Source: Bacillota bacterium
Lineage (GTDB): Bacteria; Bacillota; Clostridia; Christensenellales; CAG-138
Assembly (NCBI GenBank): GCA_016282255.1
Contig: JAEEKE010000131.1
Coordinates: forward strand, 1,671-65,670
DNA length: 64,000 nucleotides
Direction of reading: 5' to 3'
Shown here piece by piece: positions 1 through 9,232 of the stretch. A program made the translations under genes and the position numbers. The notes beneath the pieces were generated by a model. The model did no database searches. It was not told where the DNA came from and saw only the letters and a list, made by a program, of their open reading frames with translations. Position 1 is the stretch's first letter. The number at the start of each line of letters is the position of its first letter.

Positions 1-1
1 G

Positions 2-553
2 TTCAATCAGGATCCGTTCGAAGCGCTGATCTCATTTATTATCTCGGCAAACAACAATATCAAAAGGATCTCGGGGATCATCGACAGGCTCTGCATGCTT
101 GCCGGACAGGAGATCGAGTTTTGCGGCAGCCGGATGTTTGCTTTCCCGGAGCCCGCATCGATCGCCGCGCTCAGCGTTAAGCAGCTTCAGGATATCGGCG
201 CCGGGTACAGAGCGCCATACATTATCGATTCGGCAAAACGGATAGCGGACGGCTACGAGCTTGAAAAGCTTCGCGGGCTTTCACTTTATGAAGCGAGGAA
301 GGAACTGCTTGCTTTCAAGGGCGTCGGCCCGAAGGTTTGCGACTGCATACTGCTGTTCTCCCTCGGGCACACCGACGCGTTTCCTATCGACGTATGGATC
401 GACAGGGCCATGAAGGAGCTGTTCTTCGACAGCATACCGCCCAAACGTTCCGAGATGCAGGAAGCTGTGCTGAGCATAGGAAAGTATTCAGGTATCATAC
501 AGCAATACATCTTCTATTATGCCCGCAGCATACAGCTTGGGAAAAACAACTGA
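2..553 (+). CDS. ogg: 8-oxoguanine DNA glycosylase (HhH-GPD), 5' truncated by window edge
   Basis: Frame is open from base 2 (FNQDPFEALISFIISANNNIKRI); HhH motif KGVGPKVCDC followed by FPIDVW. Confidence 0.9.
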   Translation, partial: FNQDPFEALISFIISANNNIKRISGIIDRLCMLAGQEIEFCGSRMFAFPEPASIAALSVKQLQDIGAGYRAPYIIDSAKRIADGYELEKLRGLSLYEARKELLAFKGVGPKVCDCILLFSLGHTDAFPIDVWIDRAMKELFFDSIPPKRSEMQEAVLSIGKYSGIIQQYIFYYARSIQLGKNN

Positions 554-563
554 AAACCAGATC

Positions 564-1256
564 TCATCTGCCTCCGAATAGCTTTTCTATGCGTTCCCGG
601 AGGCTCTTCTTTACCCCGAAGCTGAAATCGAAGAGCGTTACGGCTGCAGGATCGAGATCCAGTATTATGGCTTCGACTCCGTCGTCGGAATCCGGAGCGC
701 AGACGATTTTAAAGCACTCCTCCTTATCGGTTATCGTTGTGCTTCCGTCCGGATTGAGCACAACGTACAGTTCCCTTTCTCGAAACTCCTCTCTCCCGCT
801 TTCCAGCTCGGCAAGGCAGACGTCTATCAGCTCGCTGCGCCGTATCTTCTCCTTACGCAGTCTGAAATCGTAGTAGCCTCCGAGGTCTATCCTTGAGTTT
901 TCCTTAAGATAGCGTATCATGTTGAGCGCATATTCTGGCTCGTACTCAAAGTCACTGTCGGCTTCCGCGACTTTTAAAAACAGCTTTTTCTTTTCAGCTT
1001 CATCGAGCCGGTAACGCTCTATCATGTCCGCATAGGAAGAGTAACGGAGATCCAGCAGCAGCACGTCCGTTATCGCAAAAGCAAGCGCGGCCAATTCCCG
1101 TTCGTTCTCTATACCGACTGTCACGCAGGTGGGGAATCCTTTTGAATGTTCGACTGTTACCGGTATACCTTCTGCCTCCCTTGAAGCAAGCCTTCGCTTC
1201 AAAAGCTTTTCGATATCGTTGAGGTCAAGATCAGATGCGACTGAATAAAGCTGCAT
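564..1256 (-). CDS. Putative sporulation protein, YtxC-like (divergent)
   Basis: IDLGGYYDFRL and LDPAAVTLF...LRERIEKLFGGR resemble YtxC-family segments; start placed at ATG 1256 behind GGAG. Confidence 0.55.
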   Translation of the reverse strand: MQLYSVASDLDLNDIEKLLKRRLASREAEGIPVTVEHSKGFPTCVTVGIENERELAALAFAITDVLLLDLRYSSYADMIERYRLDEAEKKKLFLKVAEADSDFEYEPEYALNMIRYLKENSRIDLGGYYDFRLRKEKIRRSELIDVCLAELESGREEFRERELYVVLNPDGSTTITDKEECFKIVCAPDSDDGVEAIILDLDPAAVTLFDFSFGVKKSLRERIEKLFGGR

Positions 1257-1269
1257 AAACATACTCCAT

Positions 1270-1299
1270 AAAAAAGGTCGCGGCATCATGCCACGATCC
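1270..1299 (-). terminator. Intrinsic terminator-like hairpin after pflX
   Basis: Minus strand GGATCGTGGCA-TGA-TGCCGCGACC followed by T6. Confidence 0.6.
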
Positions 1300-1352
1300 T
1301 TATTATTCCGCCTGCAGCGAAAACTGTGAATGTCAATTAATTGAAGAAAGGC

Positions 1353-2294
1353 TTATTCAAGGAATCCGTTGAATTCGGGGGTATAAAAGCTGTCGGCGGA
1401 ATCGAGCCTCTGCGTGTAAATGTTCGTGAACCCGAGGGACATCGCATAGTCCAAGGCGCGCCTGTATTCGCGCCTTAAGAGCCTTCTGTCAAGGGGTTTC
1501 GGCAAAGCTTCGCCGATGGGCGTATACTGACTCATAAGGGAAATATGCGTCTCGATCGGAAGCTCGCTGCTTATAAAATCGAGCACTCCGCGCGCCTCGT
1601 CGACAGAACCGGGCAGGACAAGGTGGCGGATTATCATGCCGCGCACCGCGATGCCGTTATCATCGGTAATAAGCACGCCGCACTGCCTCTGCATCTCGAG
1701 CACCGCCTTCGAAGCAAATGCAAAATAGTCGGCTCTTCCGCTGTACTTGAGCGAAGCGGCGGAAGATACGTATTTAAGATCGGGAAGGTAGATATCGATG
1801 AGCCCTTCGAGCCTCTTAAGGGTCTCGACCTTTTCATATGAATTGGTGTTGTAAAGGATCGGAACGGTCAGCCCGCGCTCCCTGGCTTTCAGAACAGCGT
1901 CCGCGATCAGAAGCGTATGAGGTGAAGGCGTCACAAGGTTGATGTTGTGCGAGCCGAGCTCTTCAAGCCGAAGCATGATATCAGCAAGCTCAGAAGCGTC
2001 CGTTGGGACACCCTTGATCTCCTGGCTGATGTCATGATTCTGGCAGAAGATGCAGGCCATATTGCAGCCCGAAAAAAAGATCGCTCCACTCCCACGCGTG
2101 CCGGAGATCGGAGGTTCCTCATAATAATGACGAGCAGCACGGGCTATCAAAGCAGTCCTATAAGGATCCCTGCCCGAAAGCTGCTCGGGTGAAAGCCCCC
2201 CGACGCCGCATGCCCCTATTGAAACGGCCCTGTCGCACCCGCACTCGAGAGGGCAGGCCCTGCATTCGGTTTTTGACTGATCGAAGCCGCACAT
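1353..2294 (-). CDS. Radical SAM protein, PflX family
   Basis: EEPPISGTRGSGAIFFSGCNMACIFCQN (CxxxCxxC), NINLVTP, RHLVLPG, MSQYTP. Confidence 0.85.
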   Translation of the reverse strand: MCGFDQSKTECRACPLECGCDRAVSIGACGVGGLSPEQLSGRDPYRTALIARAARHYYEEPPISGTRGSGAIFFSGCNMACIFCQNHDISQEIKGVPTDASELADIMLRLEELGSHNINLVTPSPHTLLIADAVLKARERGLTVPILYNTNSYEKVETLKRLEGLIDIYLPDLKYVSSAASLKYSGRADYFAFASKAVLEMQRQCGVLITDDNGIAVRGMIIRHLVLPGSVDEARGVLDFISSELPIETHISLMSQYTPIGEALPKPLDRRLLRREYRRALDYAMSLGFTNIYTQRLDSADSFYTPEFNGFLE

Positions 2295-2295
2295 C

Positions 2296-4101
2296 TTAAA
2301 TGCTCTCTCCGCTCAGGGAATCTACGGTGATCCTGTTTGCAAGCAGCGGGTGATCGAGATCGGTTTCATCACGCTGTACAGTAAAAGTAAACCTGATTAT
2401 GCCGCCGCTGTACTGAACGCTGATCTTTTCATCGAGCAGGTTGAGCACCTCGGAAACGATCGCAAGGCCGAGGCCCGTACCTTCGTTCGAATGCGCGTGA
2501 TCGGCCTTATAGAATCGCTCGAATATATGCTCAAGATCGGCGGGATCTACCTCCGCCCTGTTGCTGACGCTGAAAAGATACTTCTCGCCGTCGTCGCTTA
2601 TACCGAGCTCGATATCGACGAACGCTTCGTCGGTGCTGTGTTTGACCGCGTTGTCGGTCAGCGCCACGAGCACCTGTTCGACCCTGTCGGAATTCGTGAA
2701 GGCATAGTATTCATCCTCTGGAACGAGCAGTCGAACACCCTTGCCTCGCTGCGAAGCGGTCTCGTTCATCCTGTCCGCAACGTCGTAGAGGATCTCGTAG
2801 AGCTCTACCTTAAGCTTGGTAAACGCAACTCCGCCGCTCTGCAGTCTTGAAAGCTCCAAGAGATCGTCGATAAGTGTTGAAAGGCGGATCGATTCGCGCT
2901 GGATATAGCCGTAGTAGCGTTTCTTGTCGGCTTCATCCTGCACGAGACCGTCCGAAAGCGCGTCGGCAAGGCTGCGGATCGAGGCGAGCGGGGTCCTCAG
3001 CTCGTGGCTGACATTGGCGACGTAATCGCGGCGGGTCTGCTCGAGCCTTTCACTCTCGGTAACGTCACGTATCAAGGCGACAGCGCCGTAGAGCTCGTCG
3101 CTGTCCTCATGTATGGGCGTCGCGGTAACGCAAAGGATATGGTCGCGCAGTGAAACGTCCTGGGATATCATCCTGTCCTCGGAGAGTACCTTTTCGATGA
3201 TATTGCCGAAGAGCGGATAGTTCTCGAGGCGCTCGGGCTCGTCGCCGTTCGTTCCGCCGAGCAGCTGCACTGAGCATTCGTTGAAATGCGTGACGTTGCC
3301 GTTCTTATCCACGGCGATGATGCCCTCGGCGATGCCGTTTAGCACCGCGTTAAGCCTGTTCCGTTCGATTATAAGATAATCTATATTGCTCTGCAAAGCC
3401 CCGGCAAGCACGTTGAACGATTCGGCAAGGTGCTGCGATTCGAAGCTGCCCTTTACCTCGGCGCGCGCGGAAAGATCGCCGCTCGCCATGCGGAGCGCCG
3501 TTTCGGAAACGCTCTTGATGGGCTTCGTTACCGAGCGTACGATCAGCATCGAAGGAATGAGCGCCAGCAGCAGCGCGGCGATCATTATGATGCCGAAGGT
3601 TTTCGCTATCGAATTTACCCGCTGATCGACGATGCTCGATCGCTGCAGCAGCACGACGGCGCCGATGATCTCGCCGCCGTTCCCGTATACCGGAACGCCG
3701 ACTGCAACGCCCTGCGAGGAGCGGGGGACGGTGACCGTTTCACCCTCAATGCATTTCTGTGCATATTTAAGGATGAACTCGGCGCAGCCATCGGCTTCCT
3801 CCTGGCTGTCGGTCGTGATCATATTGCATTCGGTATCGATAACGTATGTGGAAGCATTGATAACTCGGAATTCATCCGAATAGATCATTCGGGCGATCAT
3901 CCGCCTGTCGGCATTCTCCTGATAGAGCTTTGAGACCTGCTGCGAGATCATCTTGGCTTTGGGCGTCAGCTCCTCGATCCTGTAGGAAGAGTACATGCTC
4001 GTTCCGACAATGGAAAAGAACACGACGATGAACGCGATAATAAGGATCATCAACGCCGAAAAAGCAAACAGTATTATTCTCAGCAGGCTTGAGCGTCTCA
4101 T
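2296..4101 (-). CDS. Membrane sensor histidine kinase (HAMP-PAS-HisKA-HATPase; ResE/WalK/PhoR-like)
   Basis: Two TM helices; H-box ANVSHELRTPL; N-box DNAVKH; IFERFYKAD; GTGLGLAI. Confidence 0.93.
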   Translation of the reverse strand: MRRSSLLRIILFAFSALMILIIAFIVVFFSIVGTSMYSSYRIEELTPKAKMISQQVSKLYQENADRRMIARMIYSDEFRVINASTYVIDTECNMITTDSQEEADGCAEFILKYAQKCIEGETVTVPRSSQGVAVGVPVYGNGGEIIGAVVLLQRSSIVDQRVNSIAKTFGIIMIAALLLALIPSMLIVRSVTKPIKSVSETALRMASGDLSARAEVKGSFESQHLAESFNVLAGALQSNIDYLIIERNRLNAVLNGIAEGIIAVDKNGNVTHFNECSVQLLGGTNGDEPERLENYPLFGNIIEKVLSEDRMISQDVSLRDHILCVTATPIHEDSDELYGAVALIRDVTESERLEQTRRDYVANVSHELRTPLASIRSLADALSDGLVQDEADKKRYYGYIQRESIRLSTLIDDLLELSRLQSGGVAFTKLKVELYEILYDVADRMNETASQRGKGVRLLVPEDEYYAFTNSDRVEQVLVALTDNAVKHSTDEAFVDIELGISDDGEKYLFSVSNRAEVDPADLEHIFERFYKADHAHSNEGTGLGLAIVSEVLNLLDEKISVQYSGGIIRFTFTVQRDETDLDHPLLANRITVDSLSGESI

Positions 4102-4123
4102 TCAGACTTTATTAGAAAGAATA

Positions 4124-4891
4124 TCAGTCGGGGTTTTCCTCGCTGTAATCGCTGTCGACGGATGAGGCATCGTTCCTTTCGGCATTCTCGTCGAATGCTT
4201 CGAAACGGTAGCCGACGCCGTATACGGTCCTCAGTTCCCAGCCGTGCTTTTCATGCTGAGCGATTTTTTGGCGGATGCGCTTGATCTGAGTATCGACCGC
4301 ACGCAGCTCGCGCGTATCGCCGTAAAAATCATAGCCCCACACGAGCGAAAGGATCTTTTCGCGCGAAAAGACCTTGCCGGGATGCGAGGCGAGCAGCTGG
4401 AATATTTCGACCTCTTTGGGCGTCAGAGGCAGTCTTTCGCCGTCGATGCGGATATCGTAGTTATTGATATTGATCTCAAGATTGCCGTAGCGGAGAAGCT
4501 GGGCGGGCTCGGTCTCCTGAGTGTTGAAACGGCGGAGCACGGCCTTGATGCGCGCAACGACCTCGCGTGCGCTGAAGGGCTTAACGATGTAGTCGTCGGC
4601 GCCGAGCTCCAGACCGAGCACGCGGTCGATCTCCTCGGATTTTGCGGTAAGCATAATGATGGGAACGTTGCTCGTCTGGCGGATGGTCCTGCAGACGTCC
4701 ATACCGCTCTTTTTGGGCATCATCAGATCGAGGATCATCAGATTGGGCTTTTTGCGGTTGAATTCATCGATCGCCTGTTCGCCGTCGTATGCCGAGATGT
4801 AGTCGAAGCCCTCGTTCTTAAGATAGACGCCGAGCGTTTCGTGGATTATATGCTGATCGTCGCAGATCAGGATAAGCGGTTTGGTAGACAT
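4124..4891 (-). CDS. OmpR/PhoB-family response regulator
   Basis: ICDD, LDLMMP, MLTAK, GADDYIVKPF, winged-helix end TVYGVGYRF. Confidence 0.95.
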   Translation of the reverse strand: MSTKPLILICDDQHIIHETLGVYLKNEGFDYISAYDGEQAIDEFNRKKPNLMILDLMMPKKSGMDVCRTIRQTSNVPIIMLTAKSEEIDRVLGLELGADDYIVKPFSAREVVARIKAVLRRFNTQETEPAQLLRYGNLEININNYDIRIDGERLPLTPKEVEIFQLLASHPGKVFSREKILSLVWGYDFYGDTRELRAVDTQIKRIRQKIAQHEKHGWELRTVYGVGYRFEAFDENAERNDASSVDSDYSEENPD

Positions 4892-4919
4892 AATATGCTC
4901 CTTTCATCATGTTGGTTTG

Positions 4920-4948
4920 ATTATAGTGCTTTTATAAAGAACTTTCAA
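4920..4948 (-). promoter_or_regulatory. SigA-type promoter of the regulator/kinase operon
   Basis: Minus strand TTGAAA-17 nt-TATAAT. Confidence 0.65.
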
Positions 4949-5126
4949 TAGTTTTCGCAACTTGTCACGGTCTGTCCCCGTTTTTGCCATAAAGGCAGGA
5001 TGCGCCTCTGCCATATTTGAGCCATTATTTGTCAAAGAATGTAACCTTGTTTTGGGGTTTAACTGACACATTCATTTGATATAATTTAAGCATAATAACA
5101 AACAGACGGAAAGGAAGCCTGCAAAT

Positions 5127-6374
5127 ATGGAATACGAAAGAGATAACGATCCGTTTACCGAGCGGGTCCCAGAGGAAAACAAGCAAAGGATCAAGATGCC
5201 TTTCGGAGCGATAGCCGCATGCATTCTCGTTCTCGGATTGGTCATAGGCGCATTAACGATCGGAGTCAAATACGCAAAGAAATACGTTTCCCGGATCAGC
5301 GAAAGGCTTGCGCAGAATGAAGTGACCGAAACTGTCGCCCCTGTCGACGACGGCAGCAAGGTGCCCGTAAACACCGTGCTCCCGAACGCCAATGAAATCG
5401 GGACCGGTTCCTCGGTGAATCCTTCTTCCGGCCTTCAGTTCGCGTCAAGCACAACACCGGCCGACAAGGAATCCCAGATCATCCAGCACTGCATGGATTC
5501 GGTAGTCAGCATCGACGTTATGGTGCGCAGCGGCTATTCCACCGTTCCCGCCTCGGGCTCCGGCGTCATTATTTCCAGGGACGGATACATCGCCACCTGC
5601 AATCACGTAGTCGAAGGCGCAAACAAGATCTACGTTTACCTTAACGACGGAACAAGTGCCGAAGCAAGGCTTATCGGGCGGGACGTTATCAACGATCTTG
5701 CCGTCATTAAAATAGAAGCGACCGACCTGACCTATGCCGTATTCGGCGATTCCTCAACGCTCCGGGTCGGTGAAGACGTTTTCGCTATCGGTAATGCGCT
5801 CGGCGTACTCTCCAATACCTACACAAAGGGCTGCATCAGCGGACTCGACAGAGTCCTGCAGATCGACGAACAGGAGATGACCCTCCTTCAGACCGATGCG
5901 GCCATAAACCACGGCAATTCGGGCGGCGGACTCTTCCGAAAGTCCGACGGCACTCTGATAGGCATAGTCAACGCAAAGAGCGCCGGCGAATCGATCGAAG
6001 GCCTCGGCTTCGCGATACCTTCCGTCGTTGTGGGCAACATCGTAAGCGATCTTATGGATTACGGCTTCGTTACGGGCAGGGCTTATCTCGGCGTTAGCAC
6101 CGAGGACGTCACGCTCTCCGGCTACGGGTTCTTCACAAGCTACTATACCTATCCCAAGATAGTTTCGATCGAGGAAAACAGCCCCGCTGCGGCGTCCGAA
6201 CTGCAGGCGGGAGACATCATCCTCTCCATAGACGGAACAAGCATCTCCGGTACCGACAGCCTTGTCAGGACGCTGAACTCCTATAAGATAGGCGATACTG
6301 TGACGATATCCGTACTCCGCGACAGGCAGAGCATAGATATTCAGATAACTCTCGGCGAGAGATCCGTTGATTGA
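5127..6374 (+). CDS. htrA: HtrA/DegP-family membrane serine protease with PDZ domain
   Basis: N-terminal TM; TCNHVV, DLAVIK, DAAINHGNSGG; C-terminal PDZ. Confidence 0.93.
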   Translation: MEYERDNDPFTERVPEENKQRIKMPFGAIAACILVLGLVIGALTIGVKYAKKYVSRISERLAQNEVTETVAPVDDGSKVPVNTVLPNANEIGTGSSVNPSSGLQFASSTTPADKESQIIQHCMDSVVSIDVMVRSGYSTVPASGSGVIISRDGYIATCNHVVEGANKIYVYLNDGTSAEARLIGRDVINDLAVIKIEATDLTYAVFGDSSTLRVGEDVFAIGNALGVLSNTYTKGCISGLDRVLQIDEQEMTLLQTDAAINHGNSGGGLFRKSDGTLIGIVNAKSAGESIEGLGFAIPSVVVGNIVSDLMDYGFVTGRAYLGVSTEDVTLSGYGFFTSYYTYPKIVSIEENSPAAASELQAGDIILSIDGTSISGTDSLVRTLNSYKIGDTVTISVLRDRQSIDIQITLGERSVD

Positions 6375-6487
6375 TCGGCGGATAAAACGATCGTGCAATC
6401 GTGACCGTACAGCGCCGATCATACACCCCCTGTGAAAAGCGCTGTACTTTTCGGTGGTTTCTTCCTGATGTTCGGCCAATAAGGCCG

Positions 6488-6532
6488 GAGAATACCGCGG
6501 CCTTCGCATATTGGGCCGCGGTATTTCTCTTA
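6488..6532. terminator. Strong hairpin, probable terminator downstream of htrA
   Basis: 12-bp stem AATACCGCGGCC (6491-6502) / GGCCGCGGTATT (6514-6525). Confidence 0.65.
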
Positions 6533-6565
6533 TACGGAATTTCTAAGAAGTGATAACAGCCCGTA

Positions 6566-6594
6566 TTGAACCGGCGCCGATAATGTGTTATAAT
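6566..6594 (+). promoter_or_regulatory. SigA-type promoter with extended -10
   Basis: TTGAAC-17 nt-TATAAT with TG at -15/-14. Confidence 0.65.
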
Positions 6595-6625
6595 TAGCAA
6601 AGTATAAAAATGAAAGGTGAGTATC

Positions 6626-7465
6626 ATGCGGGGTAAGCTTTCGTCAATATTCAAAACTGCGGTCGTCGCCGTCCTGCTTATGGCGATGGTGTTTGCTTTG
6701 CCTGCGTTTGCCGAGGAAGCGACCGACGCTTCGTTCGAATCACCTTCGCCGACCGAGGTCGGAGAGACCGCCGCTCCTGCAGTCGTCTATTCTGAGGGCT
6801 ACATAGGCGAGATAATCGTCAGGATACAGCTTCGGCTCCGCGAGCTCGGATACTTCTGCTTTAAGCCGACCGGCGCGTACAGATCTATGACGGTCAAGGC
6901 CATCGAAGTATTTCAGAAGCGCTGCAGCGACATTGGAAACAGCCTTGCCGTCGACGGAAGGATAGGCCCCGAAACGATGCGCCGTCTGTTTGAGAAGAAC
7001 GCGCCCAAAGTACGCATTCCGGACTCCGTGCATATACCTAAAGGCCCTACTGCCGACCGCGTTAAGCAGACGGGGCAGATCATGCAATGGAGCGAAGTAA
7101 AGAAGCTGCTCGTTCCCGGAAGCGTTTTGACGGTTACCGACTGCTACACGGGCAAGACCTTCGAGCTTGTCTTTGCGGGCGGGAACAGCCACGCCGAAAT
7201 GGAGCTTGCGGCCGCCTCCGAAAAGGATGTTTTCGATACTATCTCGGGCAGCGAGTATAATTTCTTAAAGCGTCCCGTGCTAGTAATGATAAACGGCGTC
7301 AACGTTGCGGCGTCGATGCAGTGCTGGCCGCATGGCTCGGACACTCGCGACAACAACGGTATGGACGGTCACGTTTGCGTATATTTTGAAGGAAGCTGTT
7401 CGCACGTGGGCATGCTGCCCGATCTTGAACACGCTGCCAATATAAAGCTTGCTTCGGGCAGATGA
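6626..7465 (+). CDS. Secreted peptidoglycan-binding domain protein with uncharacterised His/Cys C-terminal domain
   Basis: Signal peptide ending AFA; PG_binding_1-like IQLRLRELGY...TG.Y...T..AI..FQ...L.VDGRIGPET; C-terminal PHG...GHVCVYF. Confidence 0.75.
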   Translation: MRGKLSSIFKTAVVAVLLMAMVFALPAFAEEATDASFESPSPTEVGETAAPAVVYSEGYIGEIIVRIQLRLRELGYFCFKPTGAYRSMTVKAIEVFQKRCSDIGNSLAVDGRIGPETMRRLFEKNAPKVRIPDSVHIPKGPTADRVKQTGQIMQWSEVKKLLVPGSVLTVTDCYTGKTFELVFAGGNSHAEMELAAASEKDVFDTISGSEYNFLKRPVLVMINGVNVAASMQCWPHGSDTRDNNGMDGHVCVYFEGSCSHVGMLPDLEHAANIKLASGR

Positions 7466-7493
7466 GTATTCTCCCGATGATTAAGGAGCTGTA

Positions 7494-8036
7494 ATGAAAC
7501 ATATCCCCAACATTCTATCCGTTTTCAGGCTGATCCTCGTCGGCGTCTTTATCTTTCTCTTCGTCAAGGAACAGTATCTTTGGTGCATGATAGTCTATAT
7601 CACCGCTTTCGGCACCGACGTTCTCGACGGCTATCTTGCCAGGCGCAATAACTGGATTACCAACGCCGGCAAGGTGCTCGATCCGCTTGCCGATAAGCTG
7701 ATGCTCATTGCGGTGCTTTCCTGCTTTTACGCCGTGGGGGAGATACCGCTCTACGTGCTGCTTATCATCGTTGCAAAGGACGTCATCATGATCGTTATCG
7801 GCGCGTTCCTGTATTCCAAGAAGGTCGTCGTGTATGCCGACTGGTTCGGCAAGATCGCGACTGGACTTTTCTGTGCCGCGATAATCCTCACCTTCCTGCA
7901 TCTTATCTGGGGCATCTTCGGGTTCCATCTCTACGTATACCTGCTGGCGATAGCCGTCGCCGTCGGCTCGTTCTTCCACTACGGTATAAAGACATTTATC
8001 AGGAAGAAGGGCAACGGCAGGATAGAGGAAAGCTGA
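7494..8036 (+). CDS. pgsA: CDP-alcohol phosphatidyltransferase (PgsA-like)
   Basis: IPNILS..R and TDVLDGYLARR...GKVLDPLADK signature. Confidence 0.85.
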   Translation: MKHIPNILSVFRLILVGVFIFLFVKEQYLWCMIVYITAFGTDVLDGYLARRNNWITNAGKVLDPLADKLMLIAVLSCFYAVGEIPLYVLLIIVAKDVIMIVIGAFLYSKKVVVYADWFGKIATGLFCAAIILTFLHLIWGIFGFHLYVYLLAIAVAVGSFFHYGIKTFIRKKGNGRIEES

Positions 8037-8058
8037 CAGGCTTTATAACTTGATTTCA

Positions 8059-8084
8059 GGGCATGCGCAAAGCATGCTCTTTTT
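8059..8084 (+). terminator. Intrinsic terminator
   Basis: GGGCATGC-loop-GCATGCTC followed by T5. Confidence 0.65.
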
Positions 8085-8145
8085 GTTAACATACGGATGG
8101 CAGCGGCATATTATAAACAAGATCGAATTCGGGAGGTTTATTTGA

Positions 8146-9144
8146 ATGAAGAAGATCTTTGCTCTAGTCATCGCCATGCTGATGATAGTTCCCGTTATTG
8201 CCGGATGCACGTCAAAAGAGAGCGGCCTGAGGCACGTCGTGCTCAACGAAGTCACGCGCTCCGTGTTCTATGCGCCGCTGTACTGCGCCTGCGGGCTCGG
8301 ATACTTTGAGGATGAGGGGATCGAACTTGAGATCGTGACGGGCGGCGGCAGCGACAAAAGTATGACCGCGCTTATCGCGGGAGAAGCGGATTTTGCCTTG
8401 ATGGGACCGGAGACAGGAGTCTACGTTGTCAATGAAGGCAGCAAGGAGCATCCGATGGTCATCGGTCAGCTTACCAAGCGCGACGGCTCGTTCCTGATCG
8501 GAAGGGATAAGACGGATAGTTTTTCCTGGGAGGATCTGCGCGGCAGATCGGTTATCGGCGGAAGACCGGGCGGGATGCCGTTTATGACCCTGAATTACGT
8601 CCTCAAAAAGAACGGCCTCATTCCGGGAGAAGATGTTGAAGTCATATCAAACGTTCAGTTCAACCTCATGGCCGGCGCGTTCGAAGGCGGGACGGGCGAT
8701 TATGTCACATTATTCGAGCCCACGGCAACGCTGTTCGAGCGGTCGGGAAACGGCTTTATAGTTGCTAATATCGGGCTTGAATCCGGCGAAGTGCCCTACA
8801 CCGCGTTTATGACCATGCCGTCTACCATTAGGAACGACAGAAAACTCGCGGAAAGCTTCATAAAGGCGATCTACCGTGCGCAGCGCTTCGTTGAAACAGC
8901 TTCCGACGAGGAAGTGGCCGAAGCCATGAAGAGCTTTTTCCCGGACGCCGATATCGAGACCCTTGCCCTGGTCGCGCACAGTTATCGCGAGACCGATTCC
9001 TGGATGAAAACGCCTGTCATGACCGAGGATGCCTTCAACCGGCTTCAGGACATAATGGATTCGAACGGAGAGCTTTCTGCCCGCGTACCGTTCGGTGAAC
9101 TGATCGATAATTCGTTCGCCGAGAAAGCTGTCGGCGAAAAATAA
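8146..9144 (+). CDS. ABC transporter substrate-binding lipoprotein, NMT1/THI5 (YtlA-like)
   Basis: Lipobox IAGC; LNEVTRSVFYAP, GYFEDEG, IGGRPGGMP, FEPTAT. Confidence 0.85.
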   Translation: MKKIFALVIAMLMIVPVIAGCTSKESGLRHVVLNEVTRSVFYAPLYCACGLGYFEDEGIELEIVTGGGSDKSMTALIAGEADFALMGPETGVYVVNEGSKEHPMVIGQLTKRDGSFLIGRDKTDSFSWEDLRGRSVIGGRPGGMPFMTLNYVLKKNGLIPGEDVEVISNVQFNLMAGAFEGGTGDYVTLFEPTATLFERSGNGFIVANIGLESGEVPYTAFMTMPSTIRNDRKLAESFIKAIYRAQRFVETASDEEVAEAMKSFFPDADIETLALVAHSYRETDSWMKTPVMTEDAFNRLQDIMDSNGELSARVPFGELIDNSFAEKAVGEK

Positions 9145-9148
9145 AACA

Positions 9149-9172
9149 GGGCGGAGCGTCACTCCGCCTTTT
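9149..9172 (+). terminator. Intrinsic terminator
   Basis: GGCGGAG-loop-CTCCGCC followed by T4. Confidence 0.65.
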
Positions 9173-9232
9173 GTACTTGAAAAATCATCGGGAATGCGTC
9201 ATAATAGGCGCATAAAGCCACGAGAGGTAATT

